Source of the DNA: Octopus sinensis
Lineage: Eukaryota
Assembly: GCF_006345805.1 (NCBI RefSeq)
Contig: NC_042998.1
Location: 41,850,001-41,914,000 of the forward strand
DNA length: 64,000 nt
Direction: 5' to 3'
The notes under the pieces are model-generated. The model searched no databases, was not told the origin of the DNA, and saw nothing but the letters and a program-made list of their open reading frames with translations. Both the position numbers and the translations under genes were made by a program. Positions within the stretch are counted from its first letter, which is position 1; each line of letters starts with the position of its first letter. Shown piece after piece: positions 21,492 through 34,698 of this stretch.

Positions 21492-21659
21492 TTAATTTTC
21501 AAGAGCATACTGAAGATCTCTTTGTCAGAGTTCTTTGGTAAGGAGACCAAGTGGTTTTCCTCTTCCCTTGCTAAAAGATATGGTATGGTGAGCAAGGTGG
21601 TTTTTCCATTTATTTTGTAGGGCATATTTACAGCTTGTCTAATATTAGCCAAGAAGACT

Positions 21660-22325
21660 GAGGGTGTCTTGGCATTACTTACCAAGTCCTTTGTGAGCTG
21701 CTCTCCGGCTATCTATCTGAGGCTTTATATAGCTATGGTGTGGCCTCACCTGGAATTTGCATCACCAGTCTGGAACCCCCATCTTGCCCAGGATATTAAT
21801 CGTCTGGAAACCGTTCAGTGATGTGCAACCAAGAGAATACCCTCCATCAGGCATTTGTCATATTCTGAACGCCTTTCTTCCCTGGGCATGGATACATTGA
21901 AACTCCGACATCTGGCAGCTGACTTGGCAGACACCCATAAAATTATTAACCATCTTGCTAACAATAACTCTGAGCACCTTTTCAAACTTCACCTGTCTAA
22001 CACCTGTGGACATGTTTACAAAGTCATAAAACAGCACTGCTCCCATGACTTTCGGAAACATTTTTTCATGCTAAGAGTTGCTGAAGCATGGAACAAACTG
22101 CTGGCATCAGTTGTTAGTTGTCGGAGCACTGCATCCTTCAAAACTTCCATGCTTCCTGAGATTCGCCAACACTACACCTGATTTTCTCCCCTCCATACAC
22201 ACGCAAGCACTGTTCACTTTCCAGACATTTGTACATTACCGCATATGCTTTATACACACTTTTGACAAGTTGTGGTGCACCTGAGCACTGTATACAATAA
22301 TTTCATTATTATTATTATTATTTAT
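21660..22325 (+). mobile_element. 5'-truncated CR1-type LINE
   Basis: LYIAMVWPHLEFASPVWNP, LETVQ*CATK, YSERL, WNKL; (ATT)n tail. Confidence 0.88.
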
Positions 22326-22834
22326 TATGCCCATTACTGGAACACTAGTAGAGATATTTTCTACATCCATAGCAGAAAAGTTACCAGCTTTGTTTCCTGT
22401 AAAATTTCTAAGTAGTCACCTGATGAACATATTCTATATCTTTATGGTGTATATTTCTTTACAATACTACTTAGCTGTTTAACAATTCTGTAAGATGGTG
22501 TGTTGATTTGCGCGATTATATCGAGAGTACATATATATATATACAGACACAAACATATGTATGAATGTGTGTAAGTGTGTGTGTTACTTTGTTATGAGTA
22601 TTCATAAGTATCAAGGCACATCAGCTTGTAGGATGAATACTAGAAATGGCTAGGTACAATAACATAAAACTTACAGTGAAATAAAGAATATTGAAGACAT
22701 CAAGTGTTGGTAAGATACTGTAGATAGGCAGGTACCAAGTCCAATTTAAACCATAGATCCAACATGAGTGGGTTTTTGTGTGGTGTAGGTATAAAAAGCA
22801 AATTTTAAATGCCATTTTTTAAACTTTATATTCT

Positions 22835-23230
22835 CTTATTCTCTTACTTGTTTTAGTCATTTGACTGTGGCCATGCTGGAGCACCAACTTAAAGGGTCTT
22901 AGTCGAAGAAATCAACCCCAAAACTTATTCTTTGTAAGTCCAGTACTTATTTTATTGGTCTCCCTTGCCAAATCACCAAGTTACAGGGACATAAACAAAC
23001 CAGCACCAGTTGTCAAGTGATGGTGGGTGGGACAAACACAGAAACACACACATAAATATATACATATACAACAGACTTCTTTCAGTTTCCATCTATCAAA
23101 TCCACTCACAAGGCTTTGGTTGGCCTGGGGTAATAGTAGAAGATACTTGCCCAAGGTTCCACGTAGTGGGACAGAACCCGGAACCATGTGGTTGGGAAGC
23201 AAGCTTCTTACTACGCAGCCACGCATGCAC
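22835..23230 (-). mobile_element. SINE family A, full length
   Basis: Head to tail on the minus strand. Confidence 0.88.
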
Positions 23231-23462
23231 CTATATATATGTGTGTGTATGTGGCTGATGCCAGCATTGTGTAACTAGCACCTGTGCTGGTGGCATGTAA
23301 AAATATAGTAGAAGACACTTGCCCAAGGTGCCATGCAGTGGGACTGTACCCAGAACCATGTGGTTGAGGAGTAAGCTTCTTACCACACAGATATGCGTGT
23401 ATATTTATATATATATATATACAGATACACGTGTATATTATATATATATATATATATATATA

Positions 23463-23627
23463 CCTGAGTAAACACATAAATGTGAAACAAGGTGGAAAAA
23501 AGAGTACTCAAATACCAGTGGTAGAGTAATATGCTTTATTTAAAGCAGCAGAAAATTCAACAAAACCTGTTACTCTGAGTTTCCAGAGTAACAGGTTTTG
23601 TTGAATTTTCTGCTGCTTTAGATAAAG
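23463..23627. repeat. 44-bp inverted repeat in TA microsatellite, likely fold-back of a Penelope-type terminus
   Basis: Arms 23534-23577 and 23584-23627 (43/44 identical), 6-nt spacer. Confidence 0.8.
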
Positions 23628-23652
23628 TATATATATATATATATATATATAT

Positions 23653-23845
23653 ACCGGTGGCACGTAAAAGCACCCACTACACTCTCGGAGTGGTTGGCAT
23701 TAGGAAGGGCATCCAGCTGTAGAAACTCTGCCAGATCAAGATTGAAGCCTGGTGCAGCCATCTCGCTCACCAGCCCTCAGTCAAACCGTCCAACCCATGC
23801 TAGCATGGAAAGTGGACGTTAAATGATGATGATGATGATGATATG
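23653..23845 (+). mobile_element. RTE 3' tail copy
   Basis: ggtggcacgtaaaagcaccc ... gaagggcatccagctgtagaaa ... ccatgctagcatgg ... (GAT)n. Confidence 0.9.
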
Positions 23846-23849
23846 TATG

Positions 23850-24065
23850 TGTGTGTGTCTTTGTGTCTGTGTTTGTCCCCATCATGACTTGACAATTGAT
23901 GTTGGTGTGCTTATGTCCCCGTAACTTAGCGGTTTGGCAGAATAGACCAATAGAATAAGTACTAGGTTTACAAAGAATGTCCTGGGGTCAATTTCTTCGG
24001 CTAAAACCTTTTAGGGCAGTGCTCCAGTATGACTGCAGTTGGATAAGTGAAACAATTAAAAGAAA
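23850..24065 (+). mobile_element. SINE family A, 3' half
   Basis: gtgtttgtccc ... ccccgtaacttagcggt ... ctccagtatgactgcag. Confidence 0.8.
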
Positions 24066-24195
24066 TTAAAAGAAATATATATATACACACACACATACAT
24101 ATAGGTGTAGGCATTATAGTATGGTCAGAAAGTGTGTTTCTTACTGTTTGGCACCTTTGGAACTTTGTTATATATATATGTGTGTGATGTGTGCA

Positions 24196-24230
<35 letters not shown>

Positions 24231-24479
24231 GCATGATTGTGTATGGTTCACAAGCCAAGAAAGAAGCAGTTATTACATTAAAAGAAGATGTATAATATTA
24301 TGTTACTGAATATAAACTTAATAGATCCTATAACTGTCTGTAGTCATTGGATATGTCTGTTTAGATCTGGAGCAGTTTCCATGCACACATTTGGCTAGGC
24401 AAAGAGTCCACTCAAACTTTCATTGTCTCATAGAGGAAATAACAGCGCTACAATGGTTAGTGATATGCAGTGCTAGAAA

Positions 24480-25440
24480 AGACCCACCCAGTTGTGCTGG
24501 CATGGCAGAATGAATGTTAAAATGGAGTGAGTGGTGTAGGTTGAGAGCTATAATATACCTACATTCTGGGCCTTGTGCTCAGTGTATCCCTGTTAACTCA
24601 TCTCTGTAATACCCTCTCATCTTTTTACCACATACTCCATTCACTCTGTTATTCACTATACAACGATGTGGATTTCTCCTATTCACTGTAGCATTTATGC
24701 CATGTCTTCCTAGATCTACTTCCACATGTTCTTTTTATTCTGAGTGCCCTGCTCTTCTTAATACAGCTGTTATCCTTCATACAAACCACCTACCAACACC
24801 AATAGTCCTCTTGTTTGTACACTGTATTTGATTCCTCTTATATTCCTTTTTTCCTTTCTAAGGCTCATTTGTTCTTTGTTGTTCTTGTATCTTAATATTA
24901 CTTACCCAGTATAGCATATTTGCCTTATTTCTTTCTAGTCTTTACAAAACCTGTGCATTCAAACCCCTTTGTCTTGCAGTAACGTAACATTGCAGTTTGT
25001 AGACAAACATCATATAATCTGCCCATTTCCCCCCACAAAAATAACTCATTCTTACTTTGGTTGCTATGCTTTCAGAACACCTGCAGTTTTGGTCACCCAT
25101 GTAACAAAAGCTGTTTATGGTTATATAATTTTCTGGTTGTCGACCTTTGCTTGTTTTCCAAATTAAGTATTTTTTATTCACATATTGAAACCTCTGAACT
25201 ATGGGACATGGTTTACAGGAGATTCCTTTGCCAGCCAATATAATAAATCCACGGTCTATTTTTACTCCATTTGTTTTTGTCAAACTACTATACTTTTGAA
25301 ACATCCACCTCCGCACTAATTAAGTCACTTCAGTAATAGAAGCTATCAACTACATCTAGGGGGTCTTCTAAGCATTTGAAGGTATTCATTTCTTAGGTGT
25401 TCTTACTGTTAACCATTCATGTGCATCAGCTACAAAGTAA
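24480..25440 (-). mobile_element. Two tandem decayed RTE C-terminal fragments
   Basis: The post-RT motif VVDSFRYLGDQ is echoed twice: VVDSFYY*SD near 25350 and NSFCYMGDQ near 25100. Confidence 0.6.
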
Positions 25441-25759
25441 TTTTTTCCTTTCTCAGCCTACTTGTAATTCCTCTGAAACTCTTGTGAATCTACAGTTTAA
25501 CCTTATTAGAAAGGAAACCTTATTTAGTTAGTATATAAAGTTACTAGAAAGGAAATTACTGTATGTTAAGAATTTAATACAGACTATGTTCTAAAGAAAT
25601 TACAAACTAAAATATTTAAATGTGGTTGGTGCCACCTGAACATCATCTTGAGGTGCCTTCTGGACACCTTATCACCACTATTTATCTCTTTAGAGATATT
25701 ACTGATCTATTCCCACTCGCTCCTCTAAATGTGAGTAGCTGTTTAGCCTCCTCTACAAG

Positions 25760-26070
25760 AACCTGCCCTTCTCCAATCCTTTCTCTCATAACTTAAACCC
25801 CCTCTCCATCTAACATAAGGATGCACCCTTCTCCTCCTCTTGGGTTTTTTTATGCTTGCAAGTTACATGGTGACCTCATTAATTACGGTGGCATGATAAA
25901 AGCACCCAGTACATGTTGTAATGGGGTTGGCATTTGGAAAGGTGTCCAGCCATAAAAACCATGCCAAAACTGACATTGGAGCTCAATACAGTCCTTGGAT
26001 CTATCAGATCCTGTCAAACCATCAAACCCTTGCCAGCGTGGAACATGGACAGTAAATGATATTAACGATG
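25760..26070 (+). mobile_element. Old RTE 3'UTR/tail copy
   Basis: ggtggcatgataaaagcaccc ... ggaaaggtgtccagc ... cccttgccagcgtgg. Confidence 0.65.
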
Positions 26071-28559
26071 ATTCATTTATGACAGATGTTTTCTGTAACT
26101 TGTGTATTTATTTGGTTTTGAAAAACATGTATTTTTAACAGGAATTTGTTTCAGATTTTAAAAGGAAACTGATGTATCAGTTTTGTGGTGAATTTACTAA
26201 TCTGTAGTTAATCATTTAAAAAAATTTTTTAAATTTAAGACATATCTTATTTCAGTTGCTACTATTATAGTCATTGATATTTTCTTGTTTATAAATATTG
26301 GTTATTTTAAATATAGGTTATTTTTATTTTCAAGCCCATTAAATGATAAAAGAAATCATTATTTTAATAGTATCTATTCAAATTCAAATATTCTTATCTT
26401 ATTTACAACAGAACACACTGTTACTCTATACTACTCATTAATAACTTGATTTTTTGAATTTTATTTAGCCTGATATAAATTTCAATAAATTGTTTTTTTC
26501 TTGTTTTTGAAAGAAATTTGAAACTGGCATGCTTATTTTCATACTTATTATAATTGCTATCAGGTTTGTTAATCTTTATTTTTACACGTTAAAAATACCT
26601 ATATTTTAAATAAAATCAAATCTTTCTAATTCATTTCTTTTTATTTCAAGACTTTGGGTTGTTAAACTAATTTCTAGAATATATTAGTATTAATTAACAC
26701 AAGATTGAGTATTTATAACATCTTATTTCAAGAAGTTTAACATAGAGTTGGTGGAGTTGAATCAATATCAAATCAAGTAGGGTTACATTTGATGTCCACC
26801 CTTCGTTATATAATCAAGAAATATTTGACCCAATATTATGCAAATTGGTTGATGAAACGAAGACAAAAGGAAATATATATACATATGTGGTTAGTATTTG
26901 AAATAAAATAGCCATATGCACCTGTATCTGAACAGTTTCTGTTTTATTTTGCTTGATAATTGTTGGTAAAAACATTTATGTTGCATAGTTTCAGTAGTTT
27001 CTGAGATATACAGCATACCACTCCAAACAGTCAATCAACCAAACAAACTGGGTAAAAACAGATACCAAAATTTTGAAGTTGGCTGTAGGAATACTGGTAG
27101 TGGTATACACACACACACACACACACACTGATGCATGCACACATGCACACTCATACTCACACACACACAAGTAAGTCTTAAAATGATAGTATAAAAAAAA
27201 ATCCCAACACAACGTAAAGATTTTGCATTTGTATGTTTTTCACTATAACTGCAGGAATCTTGGACAGAATAAGATTGACAGTTTATGATTCAAGAAGACA
27301 GTCTAAGCTTAGTTATACTTAGAAGGTATTTCAATATTAGAGATATCATGTGTTATATTAAAGTGAAAAGATTGCAGCTGCAGAGAGAATAACTCAAGAA
27401 CTGAGCTCTATAAATATGTGATTGACAGCAACTAAAGTAGGATTATGCCAGATGAAAATAGCTGCTTGTAATTTCAGAGAATTAGTTAAAACTGTAAAAA
27501 AACAAAAACAAAAAAATGTTAAGAAAAAAGGCTGTATATTTATTTCATCCATAACATTAAGGAAAGCCAGAAACTTAATTTATAGTTGAAAATATTTTTG
27601 ATTCCTGACCAATTTACTAGAGTAACATATATCCTTATGTAATTTTTAGTTTTTCCAGATGTATATATTTAGTTTTGAAGTTTTAATTTTCATTTTAACA
27701 TTGAGTGCATTGTTAATTACAGAACAGTACTCCTCTTTTTGATTTTTCTAGTGCTATTATATTTGTCTTTGCTCCTTGGAGCTGGCTGGGAGCTCCATTC
27801 AGGCATTCCTAACCTACTTGTCTCTCTCCTCTCATCCTTCTTGTTGTGCCCAACTTCACAAGCTTTGCACTAATCACTATGATCAGTTTTTCCTTCCCAG
27901 AACTTCAGCTCTTTTGGATTCCTTTCCTGCTCATCTTTCCTCAAAGATGTTGACTTGCTAAAATTCAAAGGTTCAAGGGGAATATTAATGGCATCAGTCC
28001 CAATGGTTCAGAAGCCTGCAAATGCCATTGTCAGTGACCCTTTCGCCAAACTTATCACCAGCAAGTAAAATTTTGAGAGAAATATTTACTTTTGATTTCT
28101 TCAATAATAGACCATGCATTGTTTTCAGAATTTCTTTGTGAATATTCATAAATCTTAAGAACTTGAAAGCTAGAGGTATAAATTGATATTCCTTTTACAT
28201 ATATTACTAGATGTTAAAACCAAAACAGTCAGTGCTTTATAGAATTCATTCTTCCTCCTTCATACAATAAATTCTTCTACATACATCAATCCACTAAACA
28301 GTAACAGTCACATATTGTTGCCTTTTGGTGTTTATGAAAAGGAGATCCATTATAGATATTTATGGGTTTAAAGACTGATTTATTGGTACAATTCCTATTT
28401 GTTCATTGAATTGAATTATTGTCTGAGACTTTTATTTTTCTTCTGTAAAATATTAATTCAAAGAATGGCAACAACCCTGACTTTTTCAGGCCATCTCCTA
28501 TTGTTGAGAGCAAGAATTATGGTTGGTGCTTTTATGAGAAATATGGGCAAAGAGAAATT

Positions 28560-30400
28560 AATTCTAGGGAGGATTTATTAAAAAAAGTGTGTGAGCTACA
28601 ATAGGAATAAAGAAAGAAAAAGAAATTAGAACACCATTTGGGCTTCAGTGAATGATATATGTAGCTTACTAGTTCAAAGGAGTGGAGGCTGTTGTAGTAG
28701 AAGAGGCAGAGAAAAGAAACAATACATCTCTGGGCTAGCAGTTGTAGTGAGTTGGTGAACAAGTGTTTGCTGAATGGCCTTTTTCTTTTGTAATCTAAGG
28801 TGCAATACTATTCTGTATATGTGAATAGTACTTCAATGTGAATCGTATATGAGTGATGTAGAGAGGAGCAACTCAGAAAAGCTGATATATTTTCTAGGCC
28901 CAAAGAAGAAACCTAGTGAAGCCAATATGAGGATTCATTGGTGACTGTGATGCTTTTAGGGTTTTAGTTATGTATTGTTCATACTTAACAACTATGCAGT
29001 GCTTTTTCTCAGTATGTTTACTGATTGTGTCTTGGTATTGTTTTGAGAACTAGATTGTCAAGAATCAATTGAAGAATGTTTTCAAGTCTCTGTTCATGAT
29101 CCTGTGCAAGTCTTCAGTGAGATATCTAGATTGCATATAAATAATGCTTGTGTGCAGAATGTCAAGGAGGAGTCGGGGATGTTATTAGCTGTTTGGGAAT
29201 GTGTGTGTGAGATTAGAGGTATCACTGAGTAAGTTTGTTATATAGAGAAGAGGTTATGTGGGAGATGTAGCTAAATCATGCAATATGCCAGAATTGATAG
29301 ATTTCTCTCCAAGTCAACATTCTTTCAATGCTGGCCATGATGGAACATTGTGACAGGAAGCTTTGAATTCAAAAGACGAGAGATGGAACTTATTTGGGAG
29401 GTGCTCTTGTCTGATGTAGTCAAAGGCTTTGCTGATGTCAAGAGCAACAATATCCTTTTTACTGGAGTTCTGAGAAGTGATAGAGGAGAGTAAGACATTT
29501 CCTCTTGAGAAATGATACTAGTAGTCATTATTGAAAATAAAAAATAGCCAAACTGATAAGAATAGTGGTTACTTTTTGTAGGGAACACAGTATTGTGTTT
29601 CTATAAATTGGTTGAGAGAGTTTGATGAAAATAGAAACTAGCTCTGTCAGACAGTGCATTGTAGCAGTGGATAAACTTGCTTTGGTTGATGATGGTTGAT
29701 ATTTTCTCTTGGTATTATGTTAAGTTTTCTTTGAACAGTTGTATGTTAGCTACTTGATAATTTCAGGGTTGTAGGTTTAGATAGCTAGAATGTTGGTTAT
29801 CGGTCACCTGCTTAACTCTGTATTGAATGGTCCAGAGGTGAAGCAATTTTTCTCTGAAAAATAGTTAGCATAGAAATGATAGAACTTTGGTCATACTGCT
29901 GAATTGAAGTACCAGAAGGCTTAGCGAGTAGGGTTTATCATATGGTAGGGTGAAAAAAAAAAAGGAATGTCATCATTGATTAAGGGCTAAGTTTAGAAGT
30001 AATAAAAAATTCAAGATCTTTTTGAGAATTGGTCTATAGTTCAGAGATGAAAATGGGTGCAGTAGTGATAGCACTGTGGAGGATAACTTCAAAAAAAGAT
30101 GTGCTGGAATAGGTGACTTCAATATATTATTAAAAATAGTTAAACAACAGATGATGGTTGAAGTTTGAAGAACAGTTGAGACAGTGAATGCACTGAGAGG
30201 AATTAGAAGAGAAACTTTGAGCCAGGCTAGCTGGAAGTTTTTGTTTCTAATGTCCAGGTGAGAAAGATGATTGGCAGTGAGAATAGGTTCTATGTAAGTG
30301 CACACACTGCTTTTTAGAGCAAAGTTGGAATATAGTGTTTAGTCTGGACTGCTGTGACTGGGAAGAGATAAAGGGTGAGATTTTTGTGTCTAAGAGAAGA
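28560..30400 (-). mobile_element. Decayed CR1/L2-type LINE
   Basis: YQFG..., DIVALDISKAFDYIR and a degenerate C-terminal block (HIRFTLKYYSHI). Confidence 0.7.
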
Positions 30401-30699
30401 ACAAAGAAAAATATGACCCAATATTAGTTTGCTATTCTTTGATTTGAGCTGCAACATGTGTACATGGCACACACCCGTAGGCATTTGGTTTTTTTTCTTA
30501 ACTTTTATAAATCTTTCTCATCCCTTTCCTGTCAATATTAATCTCCATGTCAGTAGTATTTTACATAACAAAGTTGCTTGCTTTGTTGAACACTTTTTTC
30601 AAAAATGTCCTCTTTTATTCTCCAATAATCTGATATTTTACTCCCACAGTCAAACCCCATGATCCATTTAGCTTATTATTCTTTCTTTAAACACTGAGA

Positions 30700-31100
30700 T
30701 CCATGAATGGAAACAGCATCCTAGTCATTGTGTCTATTAATTTCTGTCCTATCCTCTTCACTAGTTTTCTGAAACTCAAAGACATGTGATCTGTCCCTAT
30801 GAAACTATAATTATTAATTCTTTCTAAATGTCACCATTTTTATCTGTCATACCAATGCAAATACCATAAATCTTTTTACGGCATCAGAACTGAAGGCTAT
30901 TAGTAACTTCTCTTATGTCTCATACTTGATCCAATGCCAAGAATGACATTGGGCGAAAAGTCATTTTTAATATTAGTAAGACCTTTGACAAAGCTTGGCA
31001 TAAGAACCATTTAGGTAAAGTATGATTCGAACAGCTCAAACTGCTCAGAATCTTCTTGATCTAATAATTTCTAAATTTATATAAAACTGGAATTTACTCT
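30700..31100 (+). mobile_element. Decayed CR1/L2-type RT fragment
   Basis: FNISKTFDKAWHK near 30965-31005. Confidence 0.5.
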
Positions 31101-32543
31101 TCTTTGAAATACTAATACTACATCTGAAGAAGCTTGATCCTTTAAGCTTCTTAATAGAATTCAGAATTATATTTTTCACCAGTCATTATCTATCTTGATT
31201 TGTTTGCATTTTTTCTTTTACCTTTTTACCATCACTACCACAGTTTCAGTTCCTCTGATCTTAGAGGTATATATTCCATATTCATTAAAAATGGTTCTTT
31301 TGTATTTTCTTGTACTAAAGACAATATGCATAGTGCTTCTACAAAAACTGCAGTTCTGACTTACCATTTTTATAAACCTTTATCTTTCCAAAAGCAATAT
31401 CAACTTCTCATACAGTCCAGAAGGCTGTAGCCCACCATATAAAATCTAATCATTATCTTCAAAAGGATATTAGCCAAGGAATCAGTTAAAAAAACAACTT
31501 GAAAATTATGTTAAAGTTTCTCCCTGTAATATTTTTATAAATATTGATTTATTTTCCTAAAAGAAATTGTGATTTTGTTTGTGTCTTTATTGGCTAGTAA
31601 TTCTTTAAACAAAATGTTTCCTAAACATCTTTCTCTGCTAAACATTATTTATCTCATGCCTGTGCTCTGTATTCTATCTTATATGTTGTAGAATCTTTCT
31701 ATGCACTGCATGATTGCTAGAACAAAGGGAATTTTGTTTTGTAGCTTCACTAATATCATTCACATCCTTCCTATAATTGATTTTGCAATAAAAGTCTGTT
31801 TGCCAACTTTGATCATTCAATTGAAACCATGTTTACTTTGGCTCTGATGGTGTTTTACCTGGACAAAAACTAATGGGGAAAATGTAATGACAGATAAAGG
31901 TACTTGCCAAGTAGATAATCTACAAAGGAAATTGCATCTGAATGAAAACCACTTTAACTGGAGTCATTGTCACTATACAAATATGATTTTGATAAAAGAT
32001 ATCTGAATATATTCTATTAGCAACATTTGAAATGTATAATATTTTCTTGAAAGTTTTGCAATTGCAGAAAAATGGTTTTAGTTTTTGAATTACTCAGAGA
32101 ATGGGTATAATGGATTACAGAAATATACATACATACAAAAGAATCCAAAACGAAAAACAGAACTCTGGCTACAAAAATGAAATTTTGATCAAATAATATG
32201 ATTGTAACTTAATGTCTAAGTTATTCTATATCAATTTTATCCTAGATAGAAACCTTAAGGGTATATCAAGTAGGTTTTGATTGTCACTATTTTGTTGCAG
32301 TTCTTGCTGAAATTATAAATTGATTTAATATTTTCTTGATATTAAAATACTGCTCTGACATGAATACTTACATAAAATAAAAGAAAAATGAATTAGTTTA
32401 TTTGAAAAAAAAAAAAACCTATCCATTTATATTGTTAGTAACTAAAAGTTTGTTATATATCACTATCATTGTGGGAAGATTGATGTTAAAACATTAACTT
32501 CAATTTACATTTTTAGAAAAAAAATAATTGGTTTCTGTTATGT

Positions 32544-32837
32544 TTATAGTATTCTAGGTTGTTTCTTGTTTTGTTTTCTATTCTATTATTAATATGTAAA
32601 CATATCTGGTCAACATCTGCATATTATATCAATCTACTTAGTCTGTAATATCATTGTTATGCTAATGTTCTTGTGGTACTGCATGTAGTCAGGTCAATAA
32701 GATAACTAGCAGTTTGATGTAAAGAACAGTTTTCATGGTGTATCTCTTGGATCACAAAACCCAGTTATAACAGATGTCTGAGAGTCTGAACTTACTTATG
32801 ATGTAGACTTTTATAATTATTGTAAACACAACAGTTT
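32544..32837. repeat. Copy 1 of a ~295-bp direct duplication
   Basis: Collinear with 34699-34997 (ttatagtattctagg, gtcaacatctgca, ttgatgtaaagaacagttttcat, agatgtctga). Confidence 0.85.
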
Positions 32838-33299
32838 CCACAAGAAAAGTATCAAATGTTTGCAGAGGATTATTGATTTACCAAAATGGGTTATCATGAG
32901 GAAAGATTGAGGTCTGCTTGCACAGAGGATCTTTAGCTGCAAATTAATCACTGCTTGTCAAAATATGCTGTATGATCCTTAGATATATGGGGTGTGACAT
33001 ATATAAAACAACAAATCTATGAGTTATGGATTTAGCCAACTGCCTATGTGCCATAGGTCTCAATCAGATATGACATGGGGGTGATACAATGATGATAACA
33101 GCAGAAATAATAAAGAATAATACTTTAATACTTTAGCTTTTAGGGACTTGTGAAACTTCACTTAATTATTTTATTGTATTGTAGTATGTAATACTCTATA
33201 GTATTACAAATGTTAGATACTTCTTTTGGTATTAGCTTAACTTTTATGAAGCTGGTAGAAATTAATTTTGTTAGTTCTGACCAAATGTATTAAAAGACA

Positions 33300-34450
33300 A
33301 ACAAAATTTGTGAATACTTTTTAGATGCTGTGAGTTATTGTTCTGCTAGTAACAAATCTCTTTAGAGCTTCTGAAATACTAGTCAAATATGGATTTGCAA
33401 TAATCATCCGCAGACATTGATCATACTGATAATTCTTTTGTGCAAAATGAAAAATAAAAAAACACCTTTCTGTATCTAAATTAAAATAAAGTGATTCCTT
33501 ATCCTGAAGATTCCAGAAATATCTGGTACTTCTAGCATTAATACTAGTCTCAATTCTGATGAAAGAGAATGAAAGCAACTCTGAAGATAAAGGTACTTAT
33601 ACATTTAAGGTGGTTACAAGTTTAATACTGAAAGCTCATCCAGTAGGTCAAATTAGTGATGAACTGTCTTCTCCAAGATTTACAATTTTTAGTCAGGAAG
33701 AATTTAAGCCAAATGTTATTGGATAAAGAGTTGGTAAATAAGAAGAGGAGATGAAGAAACTGGTGATTTTTGGCCTGTTAATAGCCTGATCATTATAAGC
33801 ACATGCTTGAGAAAAGATATTCATGAGCTATTTGTTCAATTGACACTAACTGTACTTTTTCATGTTCAGGGTTAATCTAAGCTGTGTTCCTTCCAGTATG
33901 AATTAGATAATACATCTGTAGAAAATATTATGTTGTTGTTTTTGTAATGATTTATTAGTGAAAGTTGACTGCTACACTTTTATCTGTCAGGTAATTTCTC
34001 ATTTGGAGACAAGTTGCATGTACCAGATGCAATGTCTGAAAAGAATCTTTGGTAAATACTTGCAAAATTGCTAGCTGATAGACTGTTAACTTTTAATGAG
34101 AGAAACTTGATTACTTGCACAGCTATTTATGCTACACCATTAGATTTTGGAGTGTCAGCAGGACTTTCAGTTTTCTTACAACCAAATTGAGTTTAACCAG
34201 TTCTTTAATTGAACAAATTCTGGTCCATAGTTTGATATTACTACAATTGGAAGCTGAAATCCAGAGAAGATAGAAATTAGATTCCTTACACTTTCCAGAC
34301 TTCTGCTGGAACATTGAAAGAAGCTTGATCCCAAGAATGGTTGACTTAAGAATATTCAATGCTGTTTCAGCATTTGTACATATCACCATTTCATAAGTAA
34401 TCTTTCTTAAGGACATAATTTGGATCACTTATCAGTTCAAGAATGTGTTT
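33300..34450 (-). mobile_element. Very decayed LINE C-terminal remnant
   Basis: Weak similarity to CR1/L2 C-terminal blocks (QYDQCLRMIIANPYLTSISEALKRFV). Confidence 0.3.
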
Positions 34451-34698
34451 TGATCTGACTTTAGCACATATATCACTATATCTGACAAACTCTTCTGCAA
34501 TTCTACCAAGCCTGGGCCAGTAACACAAGCACTAACTTTCTTTCGTGTTTGTTGTACACGTGTGTCATGAATTGTGGAAAAAAACTTTTACATATTATCT
34601 AATTCATGCTGCCAGGAACATTGCCTGTAATCACAAAGGGAATTCAGAAGCCACAAAGATGACTAACGGAGTTAATCTTTCATGGAGTTATGTTATAT

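Noticed and set aside
27858-27890. TDHSD*CKAC as the start of a CHD/Mi-2 PHD finger
   Set aside because: The remaining Cys/His ligands are absent downstream.
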